Source: Azolla caroliniana
Taxonomy: Eukaryota > Plantae > Polypodiophyta
Assembly (NCBI GenBank): GCA_043228905.1
Contig: JBHGNT010000003.1
Location: 23,250,001 to 23,314,000, forward strand
Direction of reading: 5' to 3'
Length of the DNA stretch: 64,000 nt
Shown in pieces: positions 11,501-24,844 of the stretch. The notes under the pieces were generated by a model. The model saw only the letters and a list, made by a program, of their open reading frames with translations. It did no database searches and was not told the origin of the DNA. A program made the position numbers and the translations under genes. Position 1 is the first letter of the stretch; each line of letters begins with the position of its first letter.

Positions 11501-13010
11501 CTTGTTTAACACATCCTCCAATTGGCTCTAAATATCGAATCTATTTTCATGGTATGGACTATGAGGCTTACTTATGTTATTAGAAGTAACAATGGAACTC
11601 AAAGTAGGGTTATCATGGGCACTTACTTGGTATACTTGACGTCTAGGTTTATGTGGACAATTTACAACTATATGTCCTGGACCGCCACAATACAAGCATA
11701 GGCGATGCACTCGACGACGTTGCTTCTCAGCATCTGATAAATGCCCACGACGTTGTGTTGACTCTATTTCCATCGGAGTTGGGCCATCCCTTGTAATGGG
11801 TCTGGAAACTTGTGGAGGTGTTGCAACTACAGAAGTGTAAATCTGTTCTGGTTGGTGGCGTAACATTTGTTGGCGCTCAGAACATCACTCAAATAGGCGA
11901 TTATCACATCGCACAGCTCGACTAATGGCCTTTGTAAGCAACTTCGGATCTTCAGGGAAAGTAAGAAGAAGATCTTTGACATCATTTCACAAAACTTGAC
12001 GGAATTGATCCATTAAGGCTGCCTCATCCCAAGGGATATCACATGCCAAGAGATGAAAATCAGCTGTGTAAGCCACCGCGGGACAATATTCTTGTCGGAG
12101 CCTTCGAATCTTGTTTATCGTTGTCCTAGTGTTGTCGGTGTCTTGGAAACTAGCTTGAAACTCCTTAACAAATGCGTTGAAATCCTCCAGCAACGTCGAT
12201 TTCTTCTTGAGAAGTGGTGCGAACTATGCTAACGTTGTACCGCATAGCAAAGTTCCCACTAATCCCACACGAGCAGCGTTAGTTGGATACCGATTTGGAT
12301 GTAGCTGAATAACCAAACGAACTTAATTCAAAAAACCTCGAAATAAAGACCTTGTACCATCAAACTTGGCGGGGAGGCTAATCTTTGGTTCTTTAGGGGA
12401 GTTATGAGCCCCTGACACTTGTTCTCGTAATGATAATATAGTTGCCTTGAGTTAGTGAACCTGTTGTGATAATTCTTCATACTGTTGAGCTTTTTCGGCG
12501 CTCACATGTTGTAGGTCTCCAAGTAGCCTTTGCTTTTCATGCTCAAATGCCACAAATTTATTCGTGGGCATGTCGAGCTCAGAAAGAACATGCATATACT
12601 CCTGTGTGCTCATAGACTCCATAGCTTACGAGATGAGAGGAGAAGGAAGAAGAGAACTTCTTAGGGTTTTTGAAAAAGGAAGAAATGAAAAAAATTTGAT
12701 TCAAACTATCAAGAGAGAGATAAAGGGAAATAGTGTATTGCAGAGTAAAATGGATTACAAGGAGTAGGCAATAGAGTGCTACAAAATGGCATTGAACCAA
12801 TTTAGGTTTGGGATGATTGATAGATCCCTATGTATAAGTAATAAAGAACACTTTAGAATATTCTAGGTCATCCTAGAATGTAGAGTAACCTAGAAGGTTT
12901 CTAGAGTATTCTAGAAGGTTCTAGTGTATAGAACACTCTAGAATATTCTAGGTTATTCTAGAATGTAGAGTAATATAGAATATTCCTATGATATTAGATT
13001 ATATATTCTA
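8505..13010 (-). mobile_element. Degenerate Ty3/gypsy element (Tcn1/Tf-like, PEG10-type gag), truncated in integrase
   Basis: gag PAKFDG...IRRLRQ...LMDQFRQ, zinc knuckle CLYCGGPGHIVVNC, protease ALLDSTA, RT KLDLRGAYNLVRI and VYLDDIL, RNase H EADASDFALG, integrase MDFITDLP. Many stops. LTR-like sequence at ~12560-13010. Confidence 0.88.
12845..12990. promoter_or_regulatory. Cluster of heat-shock-element-like nGAAn/nTTCn units in the putative U3
   Basis: Perfect TTC-ta-GAA-gg-TTC at 12909-12921 plus repeated AGAATATTCT/TTCTAGAA. Confidence 0.5.
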
Positions 13011-13694
13011 AAAATTTCTTTCTGATATACAGTTTTCTTTTTGTTCTTGTTTCTTAATAAAATCATTTGGGAGGCTTCTATTTTATATTCAATCTTCTTT
13101 CTGTTCTTCTTTCTTAATTAGCTCCAATTCAAGGGCCCCCGACCAGGTAACTAGTTTTGTCCCTGATCGTGGCCCATTCTTCAGCCTCTTTCTAGTCAGT
13201 TGCCCATTTACCCTTGCTTCTTTCACCCATTGCGCAAGTGTGTCCTCCTCTGACAACCTTTCCATCGCCTCAGCAGCGGCTTGCACATCAGTTGTATCTT
13301 GCACTAACTTTTCAAGTACATTGGGATCTGGTGGGAGATCATCAATTATTGGGCTTGGTGGGGTTGAATCAAGGTTTTAGGATTCAAAGAAATGTTGCAT
13401 CAATTGTTCAAAAACATTGTTGTTATGAACCTCAGATTTACATTTTGATTCCAATATTTCATGGATTTTCACAACATTGCCTAATTCAATACAATTTTCC
13501 AAAAGAATAGGGTGGAGCTTATCTGAAGGAGATGTGATAGCAGGACTCTTACTTTCATCCACATTGCCAACTATCTCCTCATCGATTGCAACGTCATCGG
13601 CACCGGACACCTCATACAACCTCCTTAATCCACGAGATTCTACAACAACATGTCAATTAATTAGCGGCTTCTCTTCTGTTTTTTTATAACCTTA

Positions 13695-14050
13695 GCTTAC
13701 AAATAAACATGGTTGCTAATTAGCTGCTAGACTATAGATTTAAAATAGTTAATTAGTTATTCTAATTAAGTATGGTAGTAGCGAATTAGCTACCACTTAG
13801 CTAATTAGCTCCTAGACTCTAGGCTGGTAGTAGCTAATTAGCTACATCTTAGCTAACTAGCTATTCTTCTTAACTATGGCAGTAGCTAATTACCTACCAC
13901 TCTTGACACTACTTAGCTAATTAGCTAACATCTTAGCTAATTAGTTGTTAGACTATAGATTGACAGTAGCTAATTAGCTACATCTTAGCTAATTAGCCAT
14001 TCTACTTAAGTATGGTAGTAGCGAATTAGCTACCACTTAGCTAATTAACT
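13695..14050. repeat. Degenerate array of the palindrome TAGCTAATTAGCTA
   Basis: Roughly a dozen exact or near-exact copies; a ~45-bp block at ~13765 is repeated at ~14005; the motif reappears at ~15235-15290. Confidence 0.8.
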
Positions 14051-14268
14051 TTATACACTGACAATCAGTCTACATCACTAATCAATTTATCTGTTAGAAC
14101 AGCAAGGTCAATGCCCTCTAGTGACAGACCATATATGTTGTTAAAGTCCTCTTTTGTCTCGCAAAACTTTGCAAAGTTCAGCACTCTAGGATATGGAGGA
14201 ACGAGCCACCTTTAATCAAAAATCAATACATGTTACCTCTGCTCTACTAGGACATGTGTATTTAGAAC

Positions 14269-14750
14269 CATAATTGGTAGGGAAGAATCAAAAATAAAAA
14301 ATCAGCCACATTCGCTCAAATCCTAAATCAAGTTTGGGGGAAGTTTGCATACACGCAACCATTGAAATCCGAACTGTGAATTGGTGCAAAATTTCCAACA
14401 CTAAATCTGAAATTTTCAACAGTAATCAAAAATCGACCGCTTAAAAAATCAGAAATCAACCACTTAAGGAAAGCAAAAACCCGAATCTGAAATATGTATG
14501 AAATCAACCCTAATCATAATTGGTAGGGAAGAATAAAAAATAAAAAATCAGCCACATTCACCCAAATCCTAAATCAAGTTTGGGGGAAGTTTGCAAACAC
14601 AGCCATTGAAATTAGAAATCTGAATTGGTGCAAAATTCCAACACTAAATCTGAAATTTTTGACAATAATTAGAAATCAACCGCTTAAAAAATCAAAAACC
14701 TTAATAACAAACCCTAATCAGAAATATGTATGAAATCAACCCTAATCAGA
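14269..14750. repeat. Tandem duplication, ~246-bp unit x2
   Basis: CATAATTGGTAGGGAAGAAT at 14269 and 14515; both units end AAATCAACCCTAATCA. Confidence 0.85.
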
Positions 14751-15743
14751 ATTTTTGTTAGTAAAAAACACACCTGCTGCTACACCCCGATCTTCGTGAC
14801 ATCCTTGTTTGGGACTCCAACGACTTTGCCCTAATCGTTTTTTATAACAGATGAACAAGCAACAAAGTTACAATTATCACAAAGGGAAAATAAAATAAAA
14901 TTTAATGTGTAACTGATACATACTTGGACGAGGATCAAACTGATGGTATATTGTAGCTCTGAAGGTGCAATGTCGATATCAGAGTTTTTGTGATACTACA
15001 GGAGCTTCGTCTGCATTCGTGCTCAGAGTACTCTATCTGTTTGGATTTCGAACTCACCCTAAACAAGAATTTGGTGACATTGAAGTTGGGTTCATATGAG
15101 GGCACTATTTCCCAACTTCCACTACGTAAAAAACCAAAGTTTAAATTTTTGAGTATTCTCTTAAATTAAATGACATGTATTTAACTAATAAAGCATAAAA
15201 TTTTGTAAATGATCCTTATGATTTGCCCACAAAAAACTAGCTAAACAAATAGCTAAGTAGGTATGGCTATTCTGGTTGCTAATTAGCTATAATAGTGTTT
15301 CCACTCGCATACTTTCACCCAACGACAAAAAGGACAACCACAGATAGACAAGAACAATATCACTTTACAAAACCTACAAGAACATCATAGAACCCTCTTT
15401 CAATATGTGAACATGTACAAAATTCAAGCACCTACAAAAAATGACATATGCATGTACAAGGCTCTCAAATGGTCAAGGGACAACAACAGACAGAATCGAA
15501 CTTGTAGCAAAACATGAAGGTAAGCCTGAAGTCGTTATGGTTGCTGAAGTCGTTGCAAAGGGGACACGTTTCAAGCACAGGTTGCAAGCAAACGAACACA
15601 CCAGGTAGGGGAACACAATGAGCACAGGTCGTTGAAAGACGTCGATGCAAAGATAACACAGTGAGTAGAGAACACCTGGAGGTAGAGGGAACACGGCCAA
15701 CAGAGGAGAGGTTGATGCAAATAGGACATAGTGAGCGGAGAAC

Positions 15744-15784
<41 letters not shown>

Positions 15785-16160
15785 CGGCCAATATAGTAGA
15801 GGCTGATACAAAGAGGACACGATGAGCAGAGAACACCTAGAGGATGAAGATGGGTCACGACGAGGAGATTTTGTAGAGAACGTCGAGTGTACTGTTGTTG
15901 CAAAGAGGACACGACGAGCAGAGAACGCTTGGATTTTGTAGAGTGAGCAGAGAATGTGGAGAAACTTGTGTAGAAGGTGGAAGAGAGAGAGAGGGAGAGG
16001 GAGGGAGATGAGGTACGAACCTAGTGAATCAACGAGAAGAAGAGGGAAGGAAAGAGTGTGTGTGAGAGAGAGAGGTACGAACCTAGGGAATCACCAAGTA
16101 GAAGGGGGAAGGAGAGAGAGAGAGAGAGTCTAACTGATAGTTCGAGATTAACCTTTGAGG

Positions 16161-16200
<40 letters not shown>

Positions 16201-17507
16201 AGAGAGACTGACTGACTATCTTCATGATTGACTAACTACTCGATATCTTGTACAGTAAAGATCCACATTACCTGGGATTGTGGACTGACAACCTCAAATG
16301 AAATTAACTACAAGAGGGACACTTGGACACAAACATAATAGCAGAAGGATGTGCAATGTTTTTTCATATTTGAAATCCATTTTCATTAAATGTGACTTTT
16401 AATTTTAACACAAGTGATCAACTTTTTAAACCCAAATGTTGGATTATTTTTACATTTATAAGGTTTTCATCCACGTCGAATTAGTACTAAAATTTTGGGC
16501 CAAAGTTGGTACACCGTAGCGTGTTTTAACACTCTTATCAGTCATGGGTTTATAAAACTTTGGGGTTAACACTGACAATTTGTTTCTGAAATTGGAACTC
16601 CAATGGAACACACACACAAAGTTCAATGAGTTTGCACTCGTCGAACAATCTCCTCAAAGTTCGATAAGTTTCACTCGGCCGACCAAACACCTACAAAGTT
16701 CAACGGGTGCCACTCGTTGAACTCTCCTCCCCACACAGTTCAACAAGTTCCTCTCATCGAGCCTATCCTCCGACGCCCGCTCACACAGTTCCCACTCTGA
16801 TCACCTGTTGTCCTGAACACACATTTTATACTCACTCCTCTATGTTTTGTTCAAATAGGTGGTGTCCATAGAGGGGTTTCCGACACGATGCAGGTCAATG
16901 AGGACTAGTTGGCACAACTCTTCACAACACTTGTACGCCTACACCAAATTGCATGTGACCTCATATGTGCCATTCTTGAGAGCAAACACACCTACATGCC
17001 GCCTTTCGGGTTCCTTTGGTTAGTCCACATGTGCCAACATGCCTGGGATGTTTGCGTCTGAACCAACATTTTTAACATCGAACCTTCCACGTTCAACTAT
17101 CCTATCGAACTTGAAGAGGAGAACACCCATGAGTTAGACAAGTACCTTGACATCTCTCGAGAGTACCAACTTATGACTTTCAACGAGGGTTGTGTCTACA
17201 CACTCCATCCACCAAACTCCACTCAACCACTGGTTGTAGTCGACCCATAGAGGGACCCTAACTCCCTTGATGACGACGACCAAACCCCGCCCTCACCAAC
17301 ACCCCCACCACCCAATAAAGACTTATTCACAATGACTGATCAAATGCAGTGCACTGTCAAGAGATTCTCTTACCTCCCCTCACCATCTAACGTCTTTGCC
17401 ACCACCTCCGCCACCGACCACACCCCGATGAACCACCCTACTCCATCCTTCTCGCCCCCGACACCTTGAGCTCACCTTCCACGGTGCACTCGGGATTGTG
17501 CAATCAT

Positions 17508-18020
17508 TAGGTTGGGGGGATTTTAAGTGCTTGGATTGCACCGTGATCGGTCATTAACAAGGGCGCATCAACAAGGATATGGTACGACTAAAGGAACTAT
17601 GAAGAAGAAACAACAAGAGGAAAGGGATCTAATGGGCGGCAAAGTGTGAAAGAGTCATACCCCAAATGTAAATGCTATATAAACCACGTTGTGGTGTCTT
17701 TGTAAGGGTTCTCCCTGCTGATTAAGAGCTCAAGCTTCCACTCTTCTCTCCTTGTAAACCTTTCCACTAAGAGAGATTAGTGATAATGTGTAGTAGAGAA
17801 AACACTAAACTCTCGTCCTTGTTGGTGCTAGACCTCTTAGCAAGAGGGTAATAACGAATATATTTACTTCCATTGTCTATGAGAGCAAGTGAGAGAGATA
17901 TTATTCTTAATCATTGTTTAATCATTAAGCAACTCTGTGTGAGGTTCGAAGGTGAGTGACGATGATCTTCGCCCAATTTGCCATTGAAAGGGTATACGCC
18001 GGTCCAAGCTCCGCATGACA
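17508..18020 (+). mobile_element. Probable PPT plus decayed 3' LTR
   Basis: GGTTGGGGGGA followed by sequence with CTATATAAA (~17675), ending ...CATGACA at 18020. No partner LTR found. Confidence 0.35.
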
Positions 18021-18429
18021 TTGAGGAGGTTTTAACCCTGTCAATACATAGATCCTACACATCTATTTTATATGCTATATTGTCATCATGGTACTTATGC
18101 CTTATGTCTATTATGAGTGACTTTGATAAGCTTCATAATTTCCTGTATGAACTTCAACTGTCAATGCGGAGAGAAATAGAGAAACTGGTGCTAACAACGG
18201 TGGAAAACACAAGTGAAGTAGTTGAGTGCGTGGGTGACTGGAGACGACCCATCACAAATGAGGGCATGTGTAAAAAAGGCAATGGGACCATATGGTCAGG
18301 CAAGGAATGGGAAATCAAGCAAAACAGGGGACCGAGTCTTGCCCTTGAGAGTCCCGAATAGAGGTAGAACACAACAGACATCCCAACAAGATTGAGGGTG
18401 CTTCAAATTGGGGGGGGGGCTCATTTCTC

Positions 18430-19350
18430 ACGAGAGTGTCCCTCTTAGAAAGGTTTTTTTCTTAAAGAAAGATTCACCTTAGTATATTACATGAAAACTG
18501 TACATGGAGAAAACAAAAGGAGTCATGCAACCTAAGGCGCATGGAAACGCAATTTCAATAGCAAACATAGAAAATCCCTTGAAAAAACATAATATGAGAT
18601 TGTGATTGATTATCTATAAATCCCTCTTGTAACTGGCGTAGTCTTGCCTTCTAATAACTTTGACAATTCAAACTCTCCATAGTGTCTTGTAACTGAACTT
18701 GAAGATCCAAAACTCTTCATCATGAGGATTATTCATGAATATAGTACATTGCATCGTGTAAGAATATGTGAAAACTTATCAATCAATTTCTTACATCTTT
18801 TAGAATTAGTCATACCATACATACAGTGAATATCACTAATGTTTTTTAATGTTGTATCCCATGTATGCCATCCCTTTGAATTAACATGTTCTGAAAACAT
18901 GCCGAAAAATTGTTGCATATAGGCATCAAATAAGCAATGAAATATTAAGGAATTAAACCTCAATGGAACTCTATCAAGCAATGTTTTGTACATATTTATG
19001 AAACCCAAAACATATGGGAAAATGATCTGATGTCACAACCTCTTGCACAATTGACATATTAAGCATCTCTAGCAAAAAGGACTCATCATGCATAACATAG
19101 ATTCCGTCCAACCTATTCCATGTTTCCTTATATCGCATAAACTAAAATGTAAACCTAAGTTTATCTTGATGCAACCATTTCAATACATCTAACTTCAAAA
19201 CCTCTAATGCCAGGTTGTCCGAAAGTGCTTGCTCAAAATAATCTATCAATGAGAATCGTGAAGTAGATTGTGATGCATCAACACATATAGTAAAATCACC
19301 CATTGACAAACCCACACGACCCACTAATAACCTTGGATACATAAAAGAAC
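18430..19350 (-). pseudogene. LINE ORF2 endonuclease, C-terminal part (continuation of 26598-26940)
   Basis: Minus-strand motifs MGDF(T/N), NRLD.IYV (~19095-19110) and TSDHFP (~19018-19035), typical of APE-type endonucleases. Confidence 0.6.
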
Positions 19351-20149
19351 ACACGTCAAAATTCGAACTCTTCACCTCTTGTATATAGTCAAATGTTATA
19401 TTCCAACCAACACATCCAAATACATGATCATGTTATTTATATCTTAATAAATTATTAGTAGATTATATATTCCAAGTTCTAGGAGTTTATAGAAGCTTCC
19501 AGAAAGCTCCAAAAGCTTATGCATGAAAATGGGTCAATGCATGGAACTACATGTAGAGGCCACAAACATGTATAAATACTTGTAACTTCCTTGATCCCTT
19601 TCAAGGGATTTAATGCCAATCATTGACACATCAATCTAGTATTCTTGTTTAGCCCCATCTTCTCTCCTTGATTTACATCTCTGTCTTTATGCTCTTGTAT
19701 TGTTCCTAGCGACCATCTCATCGCTCCCAACTTCCCGAGTTTCAAGCGTCATCACGTCGAGTTTCACTTTCGTAACCTTATCGGTCATAGCCTCATCATC
19801 TATGCTTTGTCGTAGTCTAGGGTAGGTGTGTCCGTGACAGTTTGAATTCCTTCCAACTAGAAGCATCACCCGTCTTCATCATAGTCCTTGCTTCTAGAGT
19901 TACCATCGTCACCGACCTTGCTTCCAGAGTTACTGTCATCAACATCCTTTCATTTCCTATCTTCCTCACCATCTCTATCTCCTAGTTTCTTCTCATCGTT
20001 GTCTCTGTCTTTTAGTTTCTCCTCATCATCGTCTCTATTTTTTAGTTTCTTCTCATCCTCCACTGTCATATCCATCTCTGTGTTTCTTATCATCATCATC
20101 CTTATCTTTGCGCTTCTTATCATCTTCCACATCCCTATCTCTGCGTTTT

Positions 20150-20837
20150 TTACAGGAACTAGTCGTTCCTTATGCTCAACGCTCGGCCACAACCGAGCTT
20201 AGAATCATACACAAAAAACTGGAAATAAATGCACGACGGCAGCCCACAGGCTGCAAACTATCACTATGTTGGAATGTACAAACAGTGAGTTCACGGAGGC
20301 AACGACCTCGTGCTCACGATCTTCGCCACAGGTGGCGGTTACAACAGAGGCAGCGACCTCTTTCTCTCTCTCTCTCTCTCTCTCTGTACACTGTTACGCG
20401 CTCTAATCTCGTGCAAAACAGGAATGACAACAACAACTAAAAGTTTGCCCTAAGTCATATTTATACTAATATGACTTTTCGGCTATTTACAAATATAGCC
20501 TCGATGGACTCTCAGAAACATATTTACGAATATGTCTCTTTATCCGGTTCATACCGGGTCTGCACCATCCGGCTCTCCGTAGCCAAGTACTCCTCATCCG
20601 GTTCTCACTGGGTCTGCGTCATCCGGCTCTCCGTAGCCGGGTACTCCTCATCTGGTTCTCACCGGGTCTGCACCATCCGGCTCTCCGTAGCTGGGTACTC
20701 CTCATCCAGTTCTCACCGGGTCTGCATCATCCGGCTCTCCGTAGCCGGGTGCTCCTCATCCGGTTTCGGCCTTGGCCGAGTTTGTTCATCGGCACTGTTC
20801 TTCTCTCTTCCCATCCGGAGGGACCTATCTCCCAACA
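20150..20837 (-). mobile_element. Copia-family solo LTR with four 54-bp repeats
   Basis: Minus strand starts TGTTGGGA..GGTCCCTCCGGATGGG as at 27474; probable TSD GTTTT (20145-20149 and 20838-20842); repeat units at 20567, 20621, 20675 and 20729. Confidence 0.8.
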
Positions 20838-21215
20838 GTTTTTTGTCATTCTCATTCTTCTCCCTATGTTTCCTGCCGTTTTCATCTCTATCTATGTGTT
20901 TCTTATCATCATCATCCCTACCTATGTGTTTCTTATCATCTTCATCCATGTCACTATGTTTTCTATCATCCTCTATAATCTTTGTCTTTGTGTTTCTTTT
21001 TATCCTCAATGTCTTGATCTCTGTGTTTCGTATCCTCTTCATCTATTTCTCTGTTTCCATCATTGCCATAGTCACAATCATTGCTTCCAGTGATGCTTCC
21101 TCAACATCACTGTCTTCATTGCTTCGTCTTCGACATCATCATCTTCAGCACCTCTTGGTGTTATCATCAACACTAGTTTGCCTAGCCTTCATCGACGTCA
21201 AGTGTCCCAATTCTA

Positions 21216-21620
21216 GGTGACGACCACACATGGTTGCTCACGCCCGTTTGTGTTCGTGTCTCTAGTGAGGGCCACACAAGGTCGCTCACGCCCGGTGGTG
21301 TCCTAGTTCTCGGTGAGGACCGCACATGGTCGCTCACGCCCGTTGGTGTTCGTGTCTCCGATGAGGACCGCACATGGTCTCTCACGCCCGTTAGTGTTCG
21401 TGTCTCCTATGAGAACACAACATGGTCGCTCAGGTCCATTGGTGTTCGTGTCTCCGGTGAGGACCACACAAGGTTGCTCACGCCCGTTGGTGTTCGTGTC
21501 TCCGGTGAGGACCGTACATTGTCGCTCACATCCATCGGTGCTTCAATTCCTAATGAGGACCACACATAGTCGCTCACATTCACTCGTGTTCCGTTCTTCG
21601 GTGAGGACCGCACATGGTCA
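21216..21620. repeat. 48-bp minisatellite, ~8.5 copies
   Basis: Consensus GGTGAGGACCGCACATGGTCGCTCACGCCCGTTGGTGTTCGTGTCTCC. Confidence 0.9.
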
Positions 21621-21649
21621 GACACTCCTCAACCTACTCCAGTTTTCTC

Positions 21650-22218
21650 TATTGGGAATTCGGTCCCTCCGGATGGGATCCGGATGAGAACCGGACGAGC
21701 CGGATCGGACGAGCTGAATGAAGGAACCGGATTCGGAAGGGTTCCAGATGAGACCCAGAAACCAGATCGACTGAATCCGGATGGATCTGGTGCAAACTGG
21801 ATCCAAGAACATATGTGTAAATATGTTTCATGGTAAGCCCATCGAGGCTATATTTGTAAATATCCCTAAAGTCATATAAGTATAAATATGACTTAGGGAA
21901 ATCACTTTATGTGTGAGGTGGTTATTGTTAGATGTTGTATATTGTTGTATACAGAGAGTGAGTGAGAGAGAGAGAGAGAGAGATACACAGAACTAGTTTT
22001 ATGTTTGTAACTACTATTGGCGAAGAGAGCTCGAGGTCATTGCCTCTAAGTCTCACTTTGTATTCCTCCTCTCATAGTGATAGTTGGAGTCCATGGGCTC
22101 CCGTGGTTTTTCCCGTTTAGGGTTTTCCACATAAGCATCCTGTGTCATCTCGGTTTTAGTTTGTTCTCTTCTATTCCTTGTTGAAGACTTGATTGTGGCC
22201 AAGCGTTATTTCCACACA
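21650..22218 (+). mobile_element. Copia-family solo LTR
   Basis: TSD TTCTC (21645-21649 and 22219-22223); starts T(A)TTGGGAATTCGGTCCCTCCGGATGGG and ends CA; contains CCCGTGGTTTTTCCC...GGGTTTTCCAC. Confidence 0.88.
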
Positions 22219-22718
22219 TTCTCTTTCAGCTCACCCCTACACCACACTTCCGAAAAGCCAGTCGTAAAGGAGAGGATAATGTTCCCGATGAGGACCACAC
22301 ATAATCGCTCACGTTCACTCGTGTTCTGTTCTCCGGTCAGGACCGCACATGGTCAACCACTCCTCAACCTACTCCGGTTTTCTCTTTCCACTCACCCCTA
22401 CACCACGCTTCCGAAAAGGCGGTCGTAAAGGAGAGGATAATGTTCCCGATGAGGACTACACATAGTCGCTAACGTTCACTCGTGTTTTGTTCTCCGGTGA
22501 GGACCACACATGGTCGGCCATCAACCTACTCCGGTTTTCTCTTTCAGCTCACCCCTACACCATGCTTCCAAAAAGGCATATGTCACTCACGTTCACTCGT
22601 GTTCCGTTCTCCGGTGAGGACCATACATGGTCAGCCACTCCTCAACCTACTCCGGTTTTCTCTTTTAGCTCACCCCTACACCACGCTTCCGAAAAGGCAG
22701 TCGTAAGAAGGAGGATAA
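22219..22718. repeat. ~160-bp tandem repeat carrying the element's PPT
   Basis: CTCACCCCTACACCA recurs four times; G(A)AGGATAATGT-type PPT junction recurs at ~22270, ~22430 and ~22710. Confidence 0.8.
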
Positions 22719-24844
22719 TGTCACGGACATGACAAGATTCGAACTCTTCACCTCTTGTATATATAGTCAAGTGTTATATTCTAACCAACACATCCAATTA
22801 CACGGTCAAGTTATTTATATCTTAGTAAATTATTAGTAGATTATCTATTCCAAGTTCTAGGAGTTTTTAGACGCTTCCAAAAAGCTCCATAAGCTTCTAT
22901 ATGAAAATGGGTCAATGCATGGAACTACATGCATATAAATACTTGTAACTTCCTTGATCCCTTTCAAGGTATTCAACGCCAATCATTGACACATCAATCT
23001 AGTATTCTTGTTTAGCCCCATCTTCTCTCCTTGATTTACATTTGTCTTTATGCTCTTGTATTGTTCCTAGCATCTTAAGTTCCTCATCTCGTCTCTCCCA
23101 ACTTCCCGAGTTTCTAGCCTCATCACGTCGAGTTTCACATTTGTAACCTTATTGGTGATAGCCTCATCATCTCTACTTTGTCGTAGTCTAGGGTTGGTGT
23201 GTCCGTTGTCGTGAAGATCCGTCACGATGTGCGGATCGTGAGGCAGAACCATCGGGGTTCTGGACCAGAAGGATTCGAAGTTTGCACTAGCTTTAGCGAG
23301 AAAGTATTTAAGATAGATTGAAAGATAGAGAGATTGAGATAAGATAGAACGCTCGACTTTAGATTTGCAAAACAAGATTAATACATCAATTGGATAACAA
23401 ATTTCTTACTTTTAATTTCTTGATTAATACATCGTTCCACACATAGACACAAAGATAATAGCTTTTGCTCTGCCTTGTATATGGTGAGATCCTTATTTGT
23501 CCTGTGTATGTGGGATATCTCACAGTTTTATCTTTCTCTTTTCATTTGCAAACCTCCTACCCACATAACTTGAGACTTAGATGTTCGTTTCTTATGTAGT
23601 AAAGTGCATTTAAAAGCTCTTGAAGACCTCCATCTTTTTGTACTAAGATATTAAACTTATTTAAAATAGCATTTTCACTATTATTGTTTTATATGATTCA
23701 TACTCGATTTCATATGTTTTATGCGATTTTCACACCATTGCCGAAAATCTTCACGACATCCACCCCCACCAAACCGCACGTCCTCGGATACGTGCCAAGA
23801 AGAGAGAATGTGAGATTTCGGCAATGGTGATCAGGATGACTCCTCAACGTCGAGCATGTGTGTTTCTTTGTACTCGAATCATTGTTGCCACCCAATCCAC
23901 CATATCATTTGTTTTTCTTTGCTTTATCATGACTTGTTGTCATGGCCCCTTGCTCTCTTCTTGAGGATAAACGTTTAAGTCTCATGAATGTTCCACCTTT
24001 GTCTCGATCATCTCCTTGCTCAAGGCACTTTGACTCGTTCACAGTAGTGTCTTTGATAAATGTTTTGATCACATCGTTCGGATCCTCATGGCTTGCTTGG
24101 CCATCGCCATCCCTTGTCATATTTTGGTCAAACTCTTTGTTGCACATATCAGCTTTAACCCGTGCTTCTTCCCCATCACTATCCTTCTCTTGGGTCTTAC
24201 ATCGGTTAATGCCCAAGTCTCTAGAACGAGTGTGGAGGGACCCATACATTTCCATCGTTCACCTTTTTCGTGCTGCACTTAGCCATTTCCATCTTAAAGT
24301 TGCTCGAATCAGCATTGAGCTTTGCTTCCTTGCCGCCAACTTTTGTCTCTTGGGTCTTACATCGATTAATGCCCAAGTCTCTAGAACTAGTGCAGGGAAA
24401 AGCTCTTCATGGCCATTCACCATCTTCGCCTTGACGTCATTTTCCATAGTTGTTCCTTCAAACTCATGGGCCTCGTACCCATCGATCCTTTTTATTGAGC
24501 AATCCTTTATTATGCTTCTCCCTTCGACACATGTATTAGTTTCGACCTTCGGTTCTTCACCATCACCTCCCGCCTCTTGGGTCTTACATCAGTTCTCGGA
24601 TGCAATTGCCCAAGTTTCTAGAACAAGTGTGGAGAAAATTTGGTCGTCGTCATTGGCTGTATTATCTTGGTCCTTCTCTTCCTTTTCGCCACCATCCGTC
24701 TCTTGGGTCTCACGTTGGTTCCCAGACGCAACTGCCCAAGTCTCTAGATGAAGTGTTAGGAAAGTCTCCACATGACCATCCACCATCGACTCATCCATAG
24801 CCATCTCCAACTCGATGTCGTTTTCCCTAGCTATCTCTTCAATC

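Noticed and set aside
13089-13619. Host gene or transposase
   Set aside because: Short broken ORFs with no motif I can recognise.
15465-15912. Three overlapping 113-123-aa ORFs
   Set aside because: Produced by (AG)n and purine-rich repeats; no domain motifs.
19888-21831. Ser/Phe-rich and repeat ORFs as genes
   Set aside because: They are translations of minisatellites and low-complexity TE sequence and cross insertion boundaries.
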